This document shows, piece by piece, positions 18,301 to 32,090 of a stretch of 42,276 bases of DNA. The stretch covers positions 1-42,276 of the forward strand of contig FLMG01004074.1 of NCBI GenBank assembly GCA_900088475.1, in the 5' to 3' direction. Positions within the stretch are counted from its first letter, which is position 1, and the number at the start of each line of letters is the position of its first letter. The notes below the pieces were generated by a model. The model was not told the origin of the DNA. It made no database searches and saw only the letters and a program-made list of their open reading frames with translations. The stretch is from Hyphochytrium catenoides. Its lineage: Eukaryota; Protista; Hyphochytriomycota. A program made the translations under genes and the position numbers.

Positions 18301-21300
18301 AGCCAAACCTAATGGCCCTCTCCCTCGCATAGTTAGAGCTCGCTCCAAACTCGCTCCTTTCCCTGACAAAGTCCAGCCGTTGGACAACCGAATCTATCAC
18401 TTCCTTCTTCTTCTCCTGAGGATGCGGTTCCTTTTCTTCGTCAGTTTGTTTCATAGGAGAAGAAGAGGGAGGAAATGGAGACTGCCTTTTCCTTTTCTCC
18501 TCTCTCCCTAAGCAACGAAGAATGAGAGCTCGATTCCCTGCGTTCTCAGGAGAGACAACTGCCTTGTAAAGGAAGCTGGTCTCTCCACTTCCTTGAACTC
18601 CCCGCCCTGCGTTGACTACGACAAGCTTCTTATCCTTCGCCAGCTGGTGAGCGAGACGTCGAAGTGTTTTCCTGTCAAGCTGCAACAGAGAGTTGTTGGC
18701 CAACTAAAATCGGGGGAGAATTGCCAGAGTGAAGGTGTGAACGTATGCAAAGTGCTAGAACGATCAGAAGTCCGCAGCAGCAAATTGAGCTATTGGCAAG
18801 CGTCAGCGCAGGGAGATGGACCAGAGGCTACTTCTACGGTCGTGCTTACCGCATAAGGCTTGTCCCTTTCCATCTCAGTGAGAGATGCGAAGAGAGAGGA
18901 AAAGCTTACAGCGCCATCTTTCTCCAGTCGGGAGAGGATGTGCTCCTTTCTGATCTGTGTCACTAAATCGTCGCCAACCGACGACCGAGACTTCAGAGTC
19001 TTGTTTGACCATCTCCTTCTCGCCTTCTGGGCTGGATCGACTTCCTCTTCTTCCCTCTTCTGTTGTTCTGCCACCCTTCTTGCATCTTCTCGGGTTCCGA
19101 GGACTTGGCGGATACGGGATCTTCCGCCTCTATTTGCTACCTGCAAGACCGTGGGAAAAAGAGGCTCTCCATCTTCCTTATCCTTTGCGACTCCTATATG
19201 CTGGTGATCTTCTTCTCCCTCCTCTTTACCTGGCATCACGTCTTCTTGGAAAGTTGAAGGTGGCGGGGCAGAGGGTAAGGATGATGAGTCTTTCTCCTTT
19301 TCGTCTCCCTCTGACTTCTGAAAGCGCTCAGCGAACTCTTCGCATGCGAAAAGACGGTATTGCTTCTGCTTCCCTTCCTGAGTTCGTCTGAGGGCGACAC
19401 CATAGAGATCCGTCAGGACGAATGTGAGGGCCTGAACTCTTCTCACAGAGACAGCTAGTCTTTCTCTAATCTCCTTGCTTGAAAGGCCATGCTCCTTGGA
19501 TTCTAGAACGAGGTGGTGCATTTGCTGCAAGAGACTCTGCTCTCGAACTCTCATAGATGAGTGTTTCTGTTCCTCCTGCTCTTCAACCAAGGTCGACGCC
19601 TCTCTCAGAGTGACACTGCTGCTGTCGAGGGTGTCTTCAGTTTGACCCTCTCTGCGCTCTGCGTCTTTCTCCGCTAGCTCAATGCACCAAAGCATTCTCA
19701 CCTGGTTCTTTGCTATCAGCTGGCAAGGTCTTTGACTCATTTTCAAAGGGAGATTACTGCCACTAAACCCTTCACTTCTTCCCTCTCCGCCCTTGGCTCT
19801 GCTTTCTCTTCCTTTCACTACCTCTCCCTGTTGCGCGAGAAGATAAGCTTGTACTGGGCGCATTTCGTAGCGTGGCCAGTCCAAGAGCCTTGCTAGGTCA
19901 GAGATGACAATCTGTCTCAGATTGTGCTCCTTCATTTTCTCCAGTATCTCTGCCACTTTCTGCTTCATCGTCTCCTCGTCGGGACTGAGCTCAGGGCTTT
20001 CTGGAGTCACCTCCCGCCAGAAGCGCTCTGTAATGGACACACAGAAGAGTAAGTCATGAACAGAGGGGGCTGAGGCATGAGGGTGAACGGAGATGCATAG
20101 GAGAGAATGAAAGCGACGAGTGTAAAGAAGTTTTGTCCTCTTCTTCTTTCCTCTTAATTAGTATCTGTTTCCGGTGAATTAGTGATATATGCGAAGACAC
20201 GACGGTATGAGCTTTACCAAGCATAAAATAGTTAGCCCTTGCTCCTCTTCTTGAACCTGGCCCACTTTTGACCACACGCTGCCACTTGCGAACCAACCCA
20301 GAAGCGATCAAGCGGTCGAGCTGCAGGAAAAGAAAAGCGTCATGAGATTCTGGCGTTAAGATCAGCTCAAGCAGAACATTGAAAGAGTTGAAAGAGTGGG
20401 ATAGCCAGGCAGCCAGAGTACCTTGGCGTGTAGGTTTATCTTATTCTCGCCCGAGTTCATGGCATTGAGGATTGGCGTAGCCAGCAGCTCTGCCAGAGTG
20501 GCTCCTTCTCGTCCTCGTCGTCCCAATTGCAAGAGGCACTCAAGGTACGCAGCGTCCGAAGGGATGTCTGATGGGCTCAATACTCCAACCACACGGAACT
20601 GAAGGTTTCGAGCAGCGACGACCTTAATGTCGGCTGAGGAGCAATACGAGGACCAGGATCAAAGGATCAAGTAGACAGTTAGCAGCCATACACAGTTCTC
20701 TCAGTAGGCCTTCAGCAGAAGTCTCTAACAAGCAAAGTCTCAAGCGCAACAGCGGAAAGGGAGAGTGAGAGAGGCGGAGACGAACAGACACAGCTAAAGG
20801 TACAGGCAGTAGCCACCAAGAGAGCTCGAAGGGTATATGACGACGCCAAGACGTTGAATTGTGGTGTGCAGGGACCGATGCTGGTAGCCCTGAGTGAGTC
20901 TTATGAGGCCAGCAATGATAGCTGATAACCAATGAGATCAAGAGGAAACGATAGGAAAGAGATGGGGAAAATTCGAGGACATGCACGGATCATAGAGGCT
21001 CTACCTGAAGGATCCGTGACCTTTGTCAGCTTCTGACCAGAAATTTCTTCCCTTTTCCCGGAGGCCTAAGAAGAGAACAAACGCGATACCAATGACGTGG
21101 CAAAGAATCTCAAAGTCAGAGATGCTATTAAGAGAGACACCGGGCAATCCGAGAGAAGGGTCAAGCGCTAACTCAGATGTTAGTGCTAACAAGGAAGTGA
21201 AGGGGGACAGCGCGAGACAATCTCTAATAGTGAACCAAGAAGTAAGGTGACGGTCGGAGGCCCGAATGACTTTACCTGCCGAAAGTGCAGCCCTTCCGCT

Positions 21301-21695
21301 CCCTTCAGGCCACTGAAGATGTGTCGCTGCACTCTGTTGTCTTTGACACGGACCTGCTTCCACAGCTCAGTAAGGCTGATACCTACACGGGCATTGGATA
21401 AGTGAGGTGAGAAGATCAGAAGGTCTGGCTTTGGAATACTTCGCTAGGTCAGCAGAACGGCAGCTTATATCAGGTCAGTTCGCGATAGTAACTGCTATCC
21501 TAAGGGTCTCATTGCACCAGTCTAGGGATGGATGGAAGGGAGTTCAGCAGTACCTTCATCTCCGGCAAGGGCAGCCACTTCTACACAGGTGCGAAGTATC
21601 TCCTGTGGAGTCTGAGAAGCGCTTGTCAGGGACTGCCATCATAGATCAGTTGATGAGCTTACTTTTTGATGACTGATGCACCTGTCCTCAGCCAT
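15309..21695 (-). CDS. Probable RNA polymerase III transcription factor TFIIIC B-block-binding subunit (Tfc3/tau138/GTF3C1-like), ~1,650 aa, 9 exons
   Basis: In-frame GT-AG exons: 21695-21663, 21611-21554, 21382-21276, 21065-21005, 20633-20422, 20320-20218, 20027-18850, 18703-15785, 15575-15309. The N-terminus ILRTCVEVAALAGDEGISLTELW fits the Tfc3-type start (EIALxGxxGxxLxxLW). There are several winged-helix-like repeats (LLQLGRRGREGATLAEL; LVLESKEHGLSSKEI; LTEAGQWGMPEEEL; VLLHPGATEAEI), the motif LDRKTLRRL and a Myb-like WTEAEDAILL segment. Confidence 0.7.
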
Positions 21696-23100
21696 GGTAT
21701 GTGGAGGTATTAGTCGCAACACTAAACAGAGGCTTGCTGATACTTGATGCGCGCCCAGGAAGGTAGAATGGAGTCACTCCTGGGATGATTCATCACGCTT
21801 TATATGCTCTGTAGCTAGCTGTTACTCAATGATGGAGTAGTAGCTTGATCTGTCGATAATGCTTCCATCTCTCAAATCTGTCTTCTCTTCCGCTGCCTGG
21901 CAGTCCAGAAAGAGCCTGCAGACGCGTTGTGACCGTATTCAATGGCGGTCTTCTAGAGCTAGGGCTGCTCTTCAACGGCGCTGTAAGCTCACAAAGGACC
22001 AATGAAAGGCAATCCTTGACTGCAAGTCTACAAGCATCTGTGGATGGCGGCTGACTCTCTGTCATCATCAGCCAGACTGCCCTTCCCTATGAGAGCGAGC
22101 GTCGCGCCAGAGTCTCGGAGTCTTCAGAAAAGAAAGCTTCAAAATAGACAATTGACAGACAAAGGATTATTGATAACTGCACGTACGACTATTTGCGATT
22201 ATCAAAACGCTACGATCTCTCCAACAAATTCCTGGAAAACATTACTTTCCCATCGTCAATAGATTACTGAAGGTTATGTACGAGGTACAGAACATCTTTG
22301 TTTAACAACTGTCGAGGTTAAGAACGAGAATTGAAACAATCCTTACATGAAGTTGAAGCTTTCACAAAGTTTGATGACGGCTGAAAGGTCAGAGAGAGAG
22401 GGAGAGGGAGGAGGGACGGAGGAGGGAGCTTCCCTCCTACTGCTCCGCGGCGGTCTGCTGCTTCTTCTCGGTCTTCATCTTCTGCTGCTGCTCTCTGGCT
22501 GCTGGGTCTCCGCCTGCCTGTGCTGCTGTCGGAGCCTCTTCTTCTTTCAGATGATGATCTGACATCATATCTGCTCCTCCTACTCATCAGCAGCAAGGGG
22601 TGGTTGAGTCTGCTGCTGCTGGTTGTTGCTTATTATTAGTTGCCGCTCTTCTCCTGCTGTTGTTATGCGCCGCTCCGCCTCCATCGTCACTTCTCGTTGT
22701 CCTATTGATAGAGACCAGAAGATGTCTTCTATCTGAGGCATGCTGATACTACTTTAGGGATTCTCCAGCTCTTCTAATAACATACAGAGCAGTGCTCTCG
22801 CTCGGGGTCTCTACTCTTCTCTGGTTTCCGTCTTGCCAGTTACTATTCGATTGCTCCTTCCGCCGTGCGTTCAGCACATCATCCTTCCCTCTCGCCACTG
22901 CGGCAGGGCGTCTGCAATGTTTTTAAGGGCGCCTCCTCTTCGTCCTTAAGAATTATCAACTCCCTGGACAGGCTTACTTGGGGATGGTGGACGGTAGCGC
23001 TCGGCAAGAGGAAGAGACGACCTCCTACCCACCAGCAGCTGATTCTATGGAGGTTATGACGCTAACAAGAAGGATCTAGGACGAGCTATTGGAAGAGAGA

Positions 23101-26100
23101 ATGTCATCCTCAGAGGACAGACAGAAGAAGAAGGAGATCAAGTCCTCTCCTTCCCCGTCTCCTCCTAAGAGCAAGGATGTGGGGCCAGGGAGCACGCTGG
23201 GGAAGCAGCCACCAAGATCGCTTCCGATTCAGCCGCCAATATCAATCAATACCCAGGGAATACTTCGCGGCAGCATTGACCCCGCTGAGACCATGAGGAC
23301 TAGCAGAGGAGGAGGAGAAGGGGAGAAGGAGAAAAAGACTCCCAGAAGGAGGAGAAAGCCTGTAGGGTTTCCTTCTTCATCCTCATCCTCACCTTCGTCT
23401 CGCCGTCCATCGGTCAGCAGCAGCCACAGAGACGCAGCAGGCAACAAAGGTTCTCCTTCTCCATCCCCCAGCCCTCAATCGAAAGACCAAAGAAGAAAAA
23501 GTGCCTTTTCGTCTTCTTCCTCTCCACCGTCTTCTCCCTCCTCTGCCCGGTCTCCCAAAGGCAAGCGACCAAACGTCAGACATCCGCCTACAGGAAGAGG
23601 AGAAAGGTCAGGAGAGAAAGCAGGACAAGCGCAGGATGTGGCCCAAGAGGCAGGAAAGAAGACAGAGGAGTTTCTGAAAGGTATCGAGCTTCCGAAGCTC
23701 ACCGAGCAACAGCTAATGGAGCTGAATGTGAAGATATTGGAAGGAGCTCGTGGAGATAGTAAAGATCTTTTTGAAGCCGCTGAGCTATTCCGAACAGTTG
23801 ACAGACAGCTAGGATTTTCTTCTCTGATAGAGGTCAAGACGATGCTTAAGCGATCAGCTATCAAGTTCTGGCTGCCTCCGTGGGTTCAGAAGGAAGAGCA
23901 ATTGGATGACGAGGTACGAGAGAGGAGGCCAAAAGCGGAAGGCGTCTCACGTCTCCAGTATCTAGGAAATCTCTCTACGACTGCTGCGAAGCTCTGGATG
24001 CCTGAAGAGACAGATGCCTTCCTCACCGCGGCCCTAACCAAAGTAGATCTCGATGACTTGACAGCGGATCTAGAGGTAGATCCAGATTCATTCCTAGTGA
24101 ACCTCAGAGACTTTGCCGAATGGTAAGACTTAGAAGAAGGAGACCTTAAAGTCAAATAACCCATGGGACGCTTAGAAGAGCAATAAGAAGGAGACGAGAG
24201 CGGAATGGGTCATCAAGATACACAGCAGGATACAAGGGGAAAGGCAAGAAGAGAGAGAGAGAGCCACGAGAGAACTACTCCCTGTACTCTTTCTCCTCCT
24301 TCAATTCGTCAGTCTCCATCACCAACAGCAAGTAACTCCTCGCCGCCGCTCCCCACATCATCATGATGCTGTTGCACCTTCATCATCAGGTGGGCCAATT
24401 CAGGAAAGAAGCGCTTCGTTGAGGGTCTTACAGCTACGGCGCTTTCTCTCATCCGTCTCTCCATCGTGAAGAAGACTGCTCGAGCTCTTGCCTTCTCTAC
24501 GAAGTGGAAGGGTATCCAGAAGGTTCTGCAGCCTCAAGTGGAAAGAAAGAAAAAAGAAAAGGCGATAAAGTACTGGACAAGAAGGTTTAGAATAGAGAAA
24601 GAGTTCATTGAAGAACTGGGAAAGCAAAAGTGAGTCGTTCCTTCCTCTAATAACTCCACTCTCCCTCTCCCTCAGCTGTCCCTCATCAGCCTTCTGTTGA
24701 CGGTGCTTTCCCTCTTTCGCTGGTTCTTCCCGATAGTGTCTACTCGGCGTTCATGAGCCGTTATACTAAGCTCCACCTTGCTTCTCTTTTTTCTTGTCCA
24801 TCAGGGGAGAAAAGTGGTGGCATCCGATCCCGGACGTTCCTCCCTCTGTTATCTCTCCCATCCATCTTCTTCGAACCCTCTCCGTCACCAACATGGCCGT
24901 AGAGGTCACATATGACGCGGGAAGAGAGGCCATGAAGAATCTAAAGGCCCAAGTCGTGAAGGGGATTTGGCCTTCCCTCCACCAAAGAAGAGAGAAACTT
25001 ATTGAGCTTGTCCTGAGGTTACGACCTCTGCAGGCACAGATACATCGAGAGGTATAAGGCCCCGGCTCTCTTTATAGTAGCCAATACCGTTGCGTTCTGT
25101 CTCTTCTTGACCTTGTCGCTAGGTGTTAGATCTCTTCGTCGTCGGTGAGGAAGGAGATTGTAGCTCTTCCTAGCTCTTGACAGCAGGGCACGTTTCCTTC
25201 TAGCCTTAGTGTTACATCATCTAGAGTGACCTCTCTTTCTTTGAATATTCTCTGGCTCTGCCTGTCTGTCCGTGGCCGCTGCTACTTCCTCCCTCTCGAC
25301 CCTTCAGCTTCAGGCTATGTCACAACAGGAAGACAAGACAGAGAGATATTGACAATCACGATTCCCCATTTTCTGGCAGTTGTTCTTCCAAAAGAAGTAC
25401 TCTCTGCCCAGATCTAACTCCTCTTTCTGTCTCTTGCCTCTTCCCTGATTACTTGGCCCATACACCACAACTCTCACTATCCGATCTCTGCTTCTTCATA
25501 GAGGATGTTCCTTCCACTTCACTACGCCGTCCGCTATGAGTTCCCTCCATATCTAGTGAGGGAGATTATCCGCTGTTGGCCACCAGCTTGTTTGGAGAGA
25601 GATATTCAGGGAAATACACCGCTACATCTTGCGGTTAACAAGAAAGCCTCGAGGGAACGAGGAGAGGAAGAGGACGAAAGGACCACGAAGAGGAGGGAAG
25701 AGAGAGAAGAAGTGGTGCGGATCCTCACTTCTGCTGCTCCGCAAGCGCTTAGAAGCGGCAACCTCCAGGGTAACACTCCGCTCCATATGGCGATCATCGC
25801 CCGGGCCACGAAAGAGACGATCCAGCATCTCCTTGGTACTTGGTCTCCTCTCCCTTCCTTGACCTTTTCCAAGAGCATCTCTCCTCTCTCCCATCCTGTC
25901 TCGTCCCGCGCTCTCGCTTTCTCGCTATTGTTTTGTCTGTGCGTTTGGCTCTCTCCCTATATCTGTCACTGTAAGTTTCTCTATCTCTTCATGTCTTTCT
26001 CTCCCTTGCTAGTGTCACTGAACAGAGTTCTGCTCTATACTTTGTCTCGCCTCTTTGTACGCTGTCCGCGGTGATCCGAGGCAGGAGCGAGAACGCTTTT

Positions 26101-29100
26101 TCTATAAAGTGATCTCTGTTTTGCTCTTGCTCTTACGATGGGCTCTGTGTTGACTGGCTGACTTTTTCCTCCGCCGTCCTTGCTTCGCTCTTTCACCCGC
26201 TTCATCACATGTCTCTTCTATGGGCTCTTTACCCTGCAGACACTGCAGGTCCATCCTCTCTGGCTGTGGAGAACCGAAAGTGCCTTCTTCCCATCCATTG
26301 TGCGGCGATGTACTATCCCGACACCAATATTCTCTCCCTTTTGCTAGAAGAAGAGGAAAGAGAGAAGAAGAGAGGTGAAGAAGAGAGTCTTCCCAAAAAG
26401 GGAGGAGAAAAGAGGCAACAAGGCTTTCGCCAGTCACCCTCTTCCGTCTCTCTTGCACGAGAGCCACAATGGCAAAGGAAAGCGAGAGAGAAGGAAGAGG
26501 AAGAGAAAAAACGAATCAAGAGCCTACGTGGAGAGAGCTCCTCCAAGGTTCTCCTACATCATGCGATTAGGAGTCCAGCTAACACAGCGGACAGCATTTC
26601 TCTCCTTCTCTCTCTCTTCTCTCCGCATCTTTTGACTCCCAACAGAGAGGGAGAGCTCCCTCTGCATACTGCCGTCAAATATAGGCGTTGGGATTTGGTC
26701 CCTATCCTTCTCATGGTCGAAGAGAAGGTTCCTCGTACCAGAAATACGGCTAAAGTGGGAGCAGGACAGAGGGATGGAGACGCTCCCCTCATTGACCCGG
26801 AACAGCGGAAAGGAGAGGAAAAAGAGAGAGAGAGAGCAGAAAGAGCAGTGAATATACCCAATCCCAGGGGATACACTCCGCTTCACTATGCAGCGCTCTA
26901 CGGCGCCCCTGGAAAGCTCCTGGAGCTGATGAGCAAAGTGGCCAAGATATCGAGTGCTCGGGGTGAGAACAACAAGGAGGCTACTACTATTCCACTTCTT
27001 TATGTGCTGTCCTGCGGTAGACCCACCGCCACTTATCACCTTCCTTCCCCACTCTCCTCCTTCTCTCTCCCTATACCTCTTTCTCCTCTGTCTGTCGCTC
27101 TCTCCGTCATCCAGCCCGCCCTCTCGTGGCCTCCTCTTACTCTGTCTCTGATTCAAGTGACACCTGTCCATCGACTTGCTCTCTTCCCACCTCCTTAGTC
27201 TAGGCACTTTTTCACCTAGCGTGCCGCGTCTCCTTTTCGCCGTTTCTAGAAAGAGGCGCTTGCTCTCTCTGACTTCGAAAGCCTATTCTTAAACAATGTT
27301 AAACAGTCTCTACAAGGTTAATGTCTCTTGCCTTACTTCCCTCTTCCTTTTTCCAGATCCAGCTCTTCCGTATGCTGTACTCGCTCCTGCCGCAGATGGG
27401 AATCTCCCTATCCACCTCGCTGTGCGGCAAGGGACCGCAGAAGCGGTGCAAGTTCTGATGGACTTTGAGACATCTTGTCTTCTAGTCAGGAACAAGAGAG
27501 AAGAGCTACCACTACATATCGCCTTGAGAAGGGGTGGTGGGGACGGAGGGAAGGTCACTGCTGGAAAGAGACAGGCATCAGAGAGTCTTCAACGGAGAGA
27601 CGATAGCTTCACTATTGTCGAGTCAATACTTCTTCTCGCGCCGGAGTGCTCCCAGCTCTCCTTTAGGGGAATTCGCCCGTTGGAGCTCTTTCTTTCAAAG
27701 AGAAGTGTACCTTTCTCTCTTGTGGAGCTCTTCATCAGAGCATTGAGAGAACTGAAGAGAGAAAGAGAAGGAAAAAAGAGACCTCAAGGTTCCGCCCTTA
27801 CATCTTCACACTCTCTCCCTTCCTTCTCCCGTCAATCATCTCTGCTTCGACCTTCATCCTCTTCATCTTTAGTTTCCCTTCCACGGCCACCGTCTTCTTC
27901 TTCGCTGGCCGTCACACCCTCATCCTCTAGCATTTTGACAGAATCGGAGTCAGCTACCGCTTCTTCTTCTTCTTTGGACTATCTCTTCTTCCCTCCTCTC
28001 GACACGCTTCCTGTTTCTTTGAGCAGGAATGAGGATCGAGAGCACGGTTACAGCGTTAGAGAGCTTACGCTTCCAATGAAGACAAGGCTCCAAACGGGAG
28101 GCGATGGATCAGAAGCAAACAGCCAGGAAGGAATAAACAAAGACATAGGAGAAGCTCAGCAGAAAGAGAGAGACAAAAACGCGCAGCAAACGCCGGAGAA
28201 GAAAGAAGAGGCGCAGGATCGTACGACATCGGAGAGGAGACTGGTCACGAGCTCCGGAAGGATCGTGGCAGGTTCGGAAGCTGACGAGCGGGCACGGCGG
28301 GAAGAGGAAGACGCTTACAGAGCCACAGAAGAGCAGAAGAAGCAAGGAACAGAGAAATGGGAAGGGGACACTGCAGCCAGTGGCGAGAGCAAACTGGGAA
28401 AGGAAAAACGGCGAATCGAAGAAGAAGAAGAGGCGCTAGCTTACCGTTTTTCATGGGAAATCCACCGCGTCCTGTCTACGTCTTTCCTGTCCACCACCTG
28501 CCAAGACGTCGACATCCTCAATGCTCTACGATCGGCAGTAAAGGAAGAAGAGAACGAAGAGACTAGAAAGCCACCAGAAAAGCAGGGAAAACTCCTTGAG
28601 AAGAGAGGAGAGAGAACAGAGAAAGAAAGGGTCCGTGAAGATAGAAGAGACAGGGGCGGTGGAGGCGTCACTACGATGGTGGAAGAAGAGACAGAAGAGG
28701 GGGAAAGAGAGAAAGAAGAGATCAAGGGAAAAGGGAAGTTTGAAGCTAAGGATACTATGAACGGAGAAGGAGCAGAAGCGAAGGGGGAGGAAGAAGGAAG
28801 CGGCAAAGGCCACAGGAAGAAGAGAATCGATAGCGTATTTCATAGCGCAGGCAGAACAGCCACAGCCGCCGCCAAGGCCAAGGAGAAAAGCAGGAAAAGC
28901 AAAGAGAGCGACATTCCTCCCGCCTCAGTCGAAGAACAGAACCAGTCAGACTCTCTCTCTCTGCCTGCTCTCTCTCTTCTTCCCTCTTGGAACAATGTCC
29001 GGAGTGAGCGCTTTAGAAGTGATGCAAGAAGAAGACTTCGGCGTCTCTATGACTCTCCCAGTCCCTCCTGGGAACTTGAGCGGCTTCTCTCTCTCCTCTC

Positions 29101-29563
29101 CGCTACTGCCTCTTCCAGTCTTTCGTCTTGGTCTTCCAGTAAGGAAAGAAAGGGAAAGAAAGAGAGAGGTCAGCTGGAGGAGCTACAGCGGTGCTGCTAT
29201 GAGCTGAAGAGGAGGCTGGAAGAGGCCATGAAGCAGGAGGAGCTTGAAGAGAGGAGACAGCATCTTGCCTTACGCAAGCAAGAAGAGGCAGCAGAGAGAA
29301 GTGTCTTGGCAAAGGAGGGAGAGGAGCATTCAAAGGGCAGGGATAAAGGAAGAAGAGGCAGCGGCGATACGGCTAAGAGCAGGTTACAATCACTGAGGAT
29401 GAGGCTGATCGATGGTGGCACTGTTAGAGAACTTAAGCAGCTGCAGTGAGTATATATCCCCGCTGCTCTCTGTTGTTTGTCCCATCGCTCTCTCTTTCCG
29501 TAGCTCTCGCACTCCTCGTTGTCTCCTTCTGTCTCTCTTCTTGTCTGTCGCTTTCTCTGTGTG

Positions 29564-29594
<31 letters not shown>

Positions 29595-29943
29595 TCCTCT
29601 CTCTAGCTGTCTCTCTCACTACACTGCCTCTCTCCCTCTCTCTGTCACAATCTCTCTCTTATGCGTTAGGGAAACGTTAGGTGAAGGAGAAAGCGGCAAT
29701 CTCCGAAGGCTGATGGGGCGATGTGTTGACCTAGTCCTTGCGTCTCCCGCCTGGGTAGCAAGGCACGAGTTTTATATGCAAAGACATGCAGAGAGACAGA
29801 GCAACCAATCGCAAGAGCTCGACAAAGGACGCGGCGACGGCGAGAAGGCGAAGGAGCAGCGACCAAAGGTTGTCAGCAGCGCTTCTGACAGCGAAAAAAG
29901 CGAAGAGCGTGAGAACGTTAGACCTGAGCAAATCGGCGCATAG
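23101..29943 (+). CDS. Large ankyrin-repeat protein with Ser/Pro-rich and Glu/Lys/Arg-rich low-complexity tracts and a C-terminal coiled coil; ~7 exons
   Basis: In-frame exons: 23101-24122, 24390-24629, 24805-25051, 25502-25835, 26240-27016 (alternative donor at 26962), 27357-29445, 29670-29943. Ankyrin motifs: LPLHYAVR, GNTPLHLAV, GNTPLHMAI, LPIHCAAM, GELPLHTAVK, GYTPLHYAAL, GNLPIHLAVR, EELPLHIALR. Confidence 0.8.
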
Positions 29944-30434
29944 AGTGCATGCTGGCAAGAGATGATAGCAAGAAGAGAGAGGGAGAGTGAGAGAGAGACC
30001 GAGAGAGAGAGCGGGAGAGAGATTCTGGGCAGGAAAAGAGAGAGAGAAAGAGTTATGATGTGGAGCAAGAAACAGCCAGAGAAAGACCCAAGCCACATCT
30101 CGTTCACGTTACCTTCGGCACCGCAGACAAATCTTACGCATATAACTTAAGACTGATGTTAGTATTCGGCAAGTAATACCAAAAAAGCGCTTTTTTCGGT
30201 CAGAATCTCTATAATACATGACATTGGCGTCTGTGATGCTTCGTTTGTGCCTCTTCTAACATCTCTGCAGGCACGTCGCAACGGTCAGTCAGAGATCCAG
30301 GACCAACGGAGACTCTGGCCAGCAGAAAGACCCATTGCACGATAAGTCAAGGGCGTCAGTTGGCTCTCTGGAGCTTGTTGGTGTGTGCCGAAGAAGGATA
30401 TGTAGAGATTGTTCTCACAAGTATAAGCATTCCC

Positions 30435-32090
30435 ATGGCAGCAGAACTCACTGAAGACTCGTTGGAGAGCTTTACCCATACCGATGCTAAGATCCTACTC
30501 AATCAGCTCTTTGATGGGAGGAAGACAAGCTTGAGGCGGATAGTACGAAGCCGGGATGAGCTTCAGAACAAGTCTAAGAAGAGAAGGCGACCAGAAAACA
30601 CCTCTCAGTATCAGGCTGAACTCCGAAGTCGCTATCCAAGCATGTAAGACCTCTGCTGTCGGCGCTGCTCTGCAATGAAGGCGCTAACAGTAGCCCCTAG
30701 ATTTGCCATGAAGAGTTGGCCTCGAATAAATGATCGGAAAGAAAGGTGAGGTCACCGCTTCAAGCCAGTTTACTTCAGAGACAATGATGAAAGGCGTGAT
30801 ACTGTCCGGGATAGCTTCTGAAGGAGAGACAGACAGAAATAGATAGATAGCGAAGTAGTGGGCTACACAGCGAGAGACGACGAGACTCACCGGAAGCTGG
30901 TGAGATGGAAACGTAGAAGGGAGGACAACAGACCAAAACCGGCGTTTCAACGGAAGAGCTCCTGGGGCCCATGTTCTGATTAGGATATTGACCTGCTGTC
31001 CCACAGCCTGCCAGAGAGCGAGGGGGATGTCGTGGAACTTGGCGCAACATCGCAGGGAGAGCAACTCCTCCTGGATATGAGACAAGAGAGGGCAGAAACC
31101 ACGGAGAAGATGTTTGGGCAGGCGGGCAACACTATTCTAAAGATGGTGGAGAGAGAGCTTTATAATGCTGAGGCTGAGAGATCAGTCTCTAGTGGACAGA
31201 GTGCCCTTATCGAGGGCTCAGAAGACTGGAGGACCCTGCAGCATCGTATAGCCAGGGAGACAGAGCGTGTGATAAGTGAGCTGATAGACAGACTTCTCAT
31301 CAATCAGTGGAAGAAGCTCTCTGAAGAAGAGAGACTGAAGAGATATAGGTACTCCCCATCAGTGAAGTTACTTCCTCCTTCTGGTCTCACTTTTTATTCT
31401 TTAGTTCTTTTGACGGGCCTGGCAATGCTCCTTGTTGGGTCTGATTCCTCCCACAATTGCTTCTGTGGTCCTCTCTCTCTCTCTCTCTCTCTCTCTTCCC
31501 CTCTCTCTCCTCTCTCTCTCTCTATCTGTCTCTCTCTCTGTGGGTGTGGGTGTGTGTCTGTCTGTCTCTCTCTGTCTCTCTCTCATGCACTCTCTCTTTG
31601 ATTCCGATTCCCTCTTCTCGATCAATCCTCTTCACCTATTATGCGGACATCGGTGCAAGTGTTAAGTGTCTGCCGATGCGTTTGTCTTGCTAATTGCGTC
31701 GTGGTGTCAACAGGGCGAAAGACAGATTGCGCGCCAAAGGCAAAGGAGATTGGAGGCATTGCCTCGAAGCGGTCAGAGAGAAGCCCGACGGCTTATCTGA
31801 GCATCTCATCACTTCTTTCGATGCCTGGTAAGACGAGGCTTTCCCGGCCGTATAGATGGAGTCAATTTTTTGCTCTTTATGAAGTCCAGTCCTCTATCTG
31901 CAAAGCAGCCGATGTAATCTTGATCTTGCTGCTGACCTCTTTTACCGCCATCCCTCTCGTGTGCAGCTATAGCAATGCCTTCAAGAGGACCAAATTTCTG
32001 TTCGCGCCGCCGGAGAGGCCAAGCGATCCGAGGCAGTCTGAGGACAAGAGCAACGTCCGCGAAACGACTAGAAAGAGACCAGTAAATTAG
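30435..32090 (+). CDS. Hypothetical multi-exon, helical/charged protein (exon structure uncertain)
   Basis: Protein-like segments joined in frame at GT-AG sites: 30435-30643, 30701-30745, 31007-~31348, ~31714-~31827, ~31967-32090, with a (CT)n-rich intron at ~31349-31713. No family recognised. Confidence 0.45.

Noticed and set aside
16194-19391. Plus-strand ORFs overlapping the TFIIIC gene (and minus-strand ORFs over the ankyrin, amidase and haloperoxidase genes)
   Set aside because: Antisense shadows of biased coding sequence, with no independent motifs.
21826-22760. Minus-strand coding-like fragments between the TFIIIC and ankyrin genes
   Set aside because: Interrupted by stops with no recognisable motif; cannot distinguish a decayed element from UTR or intergenic DNA.
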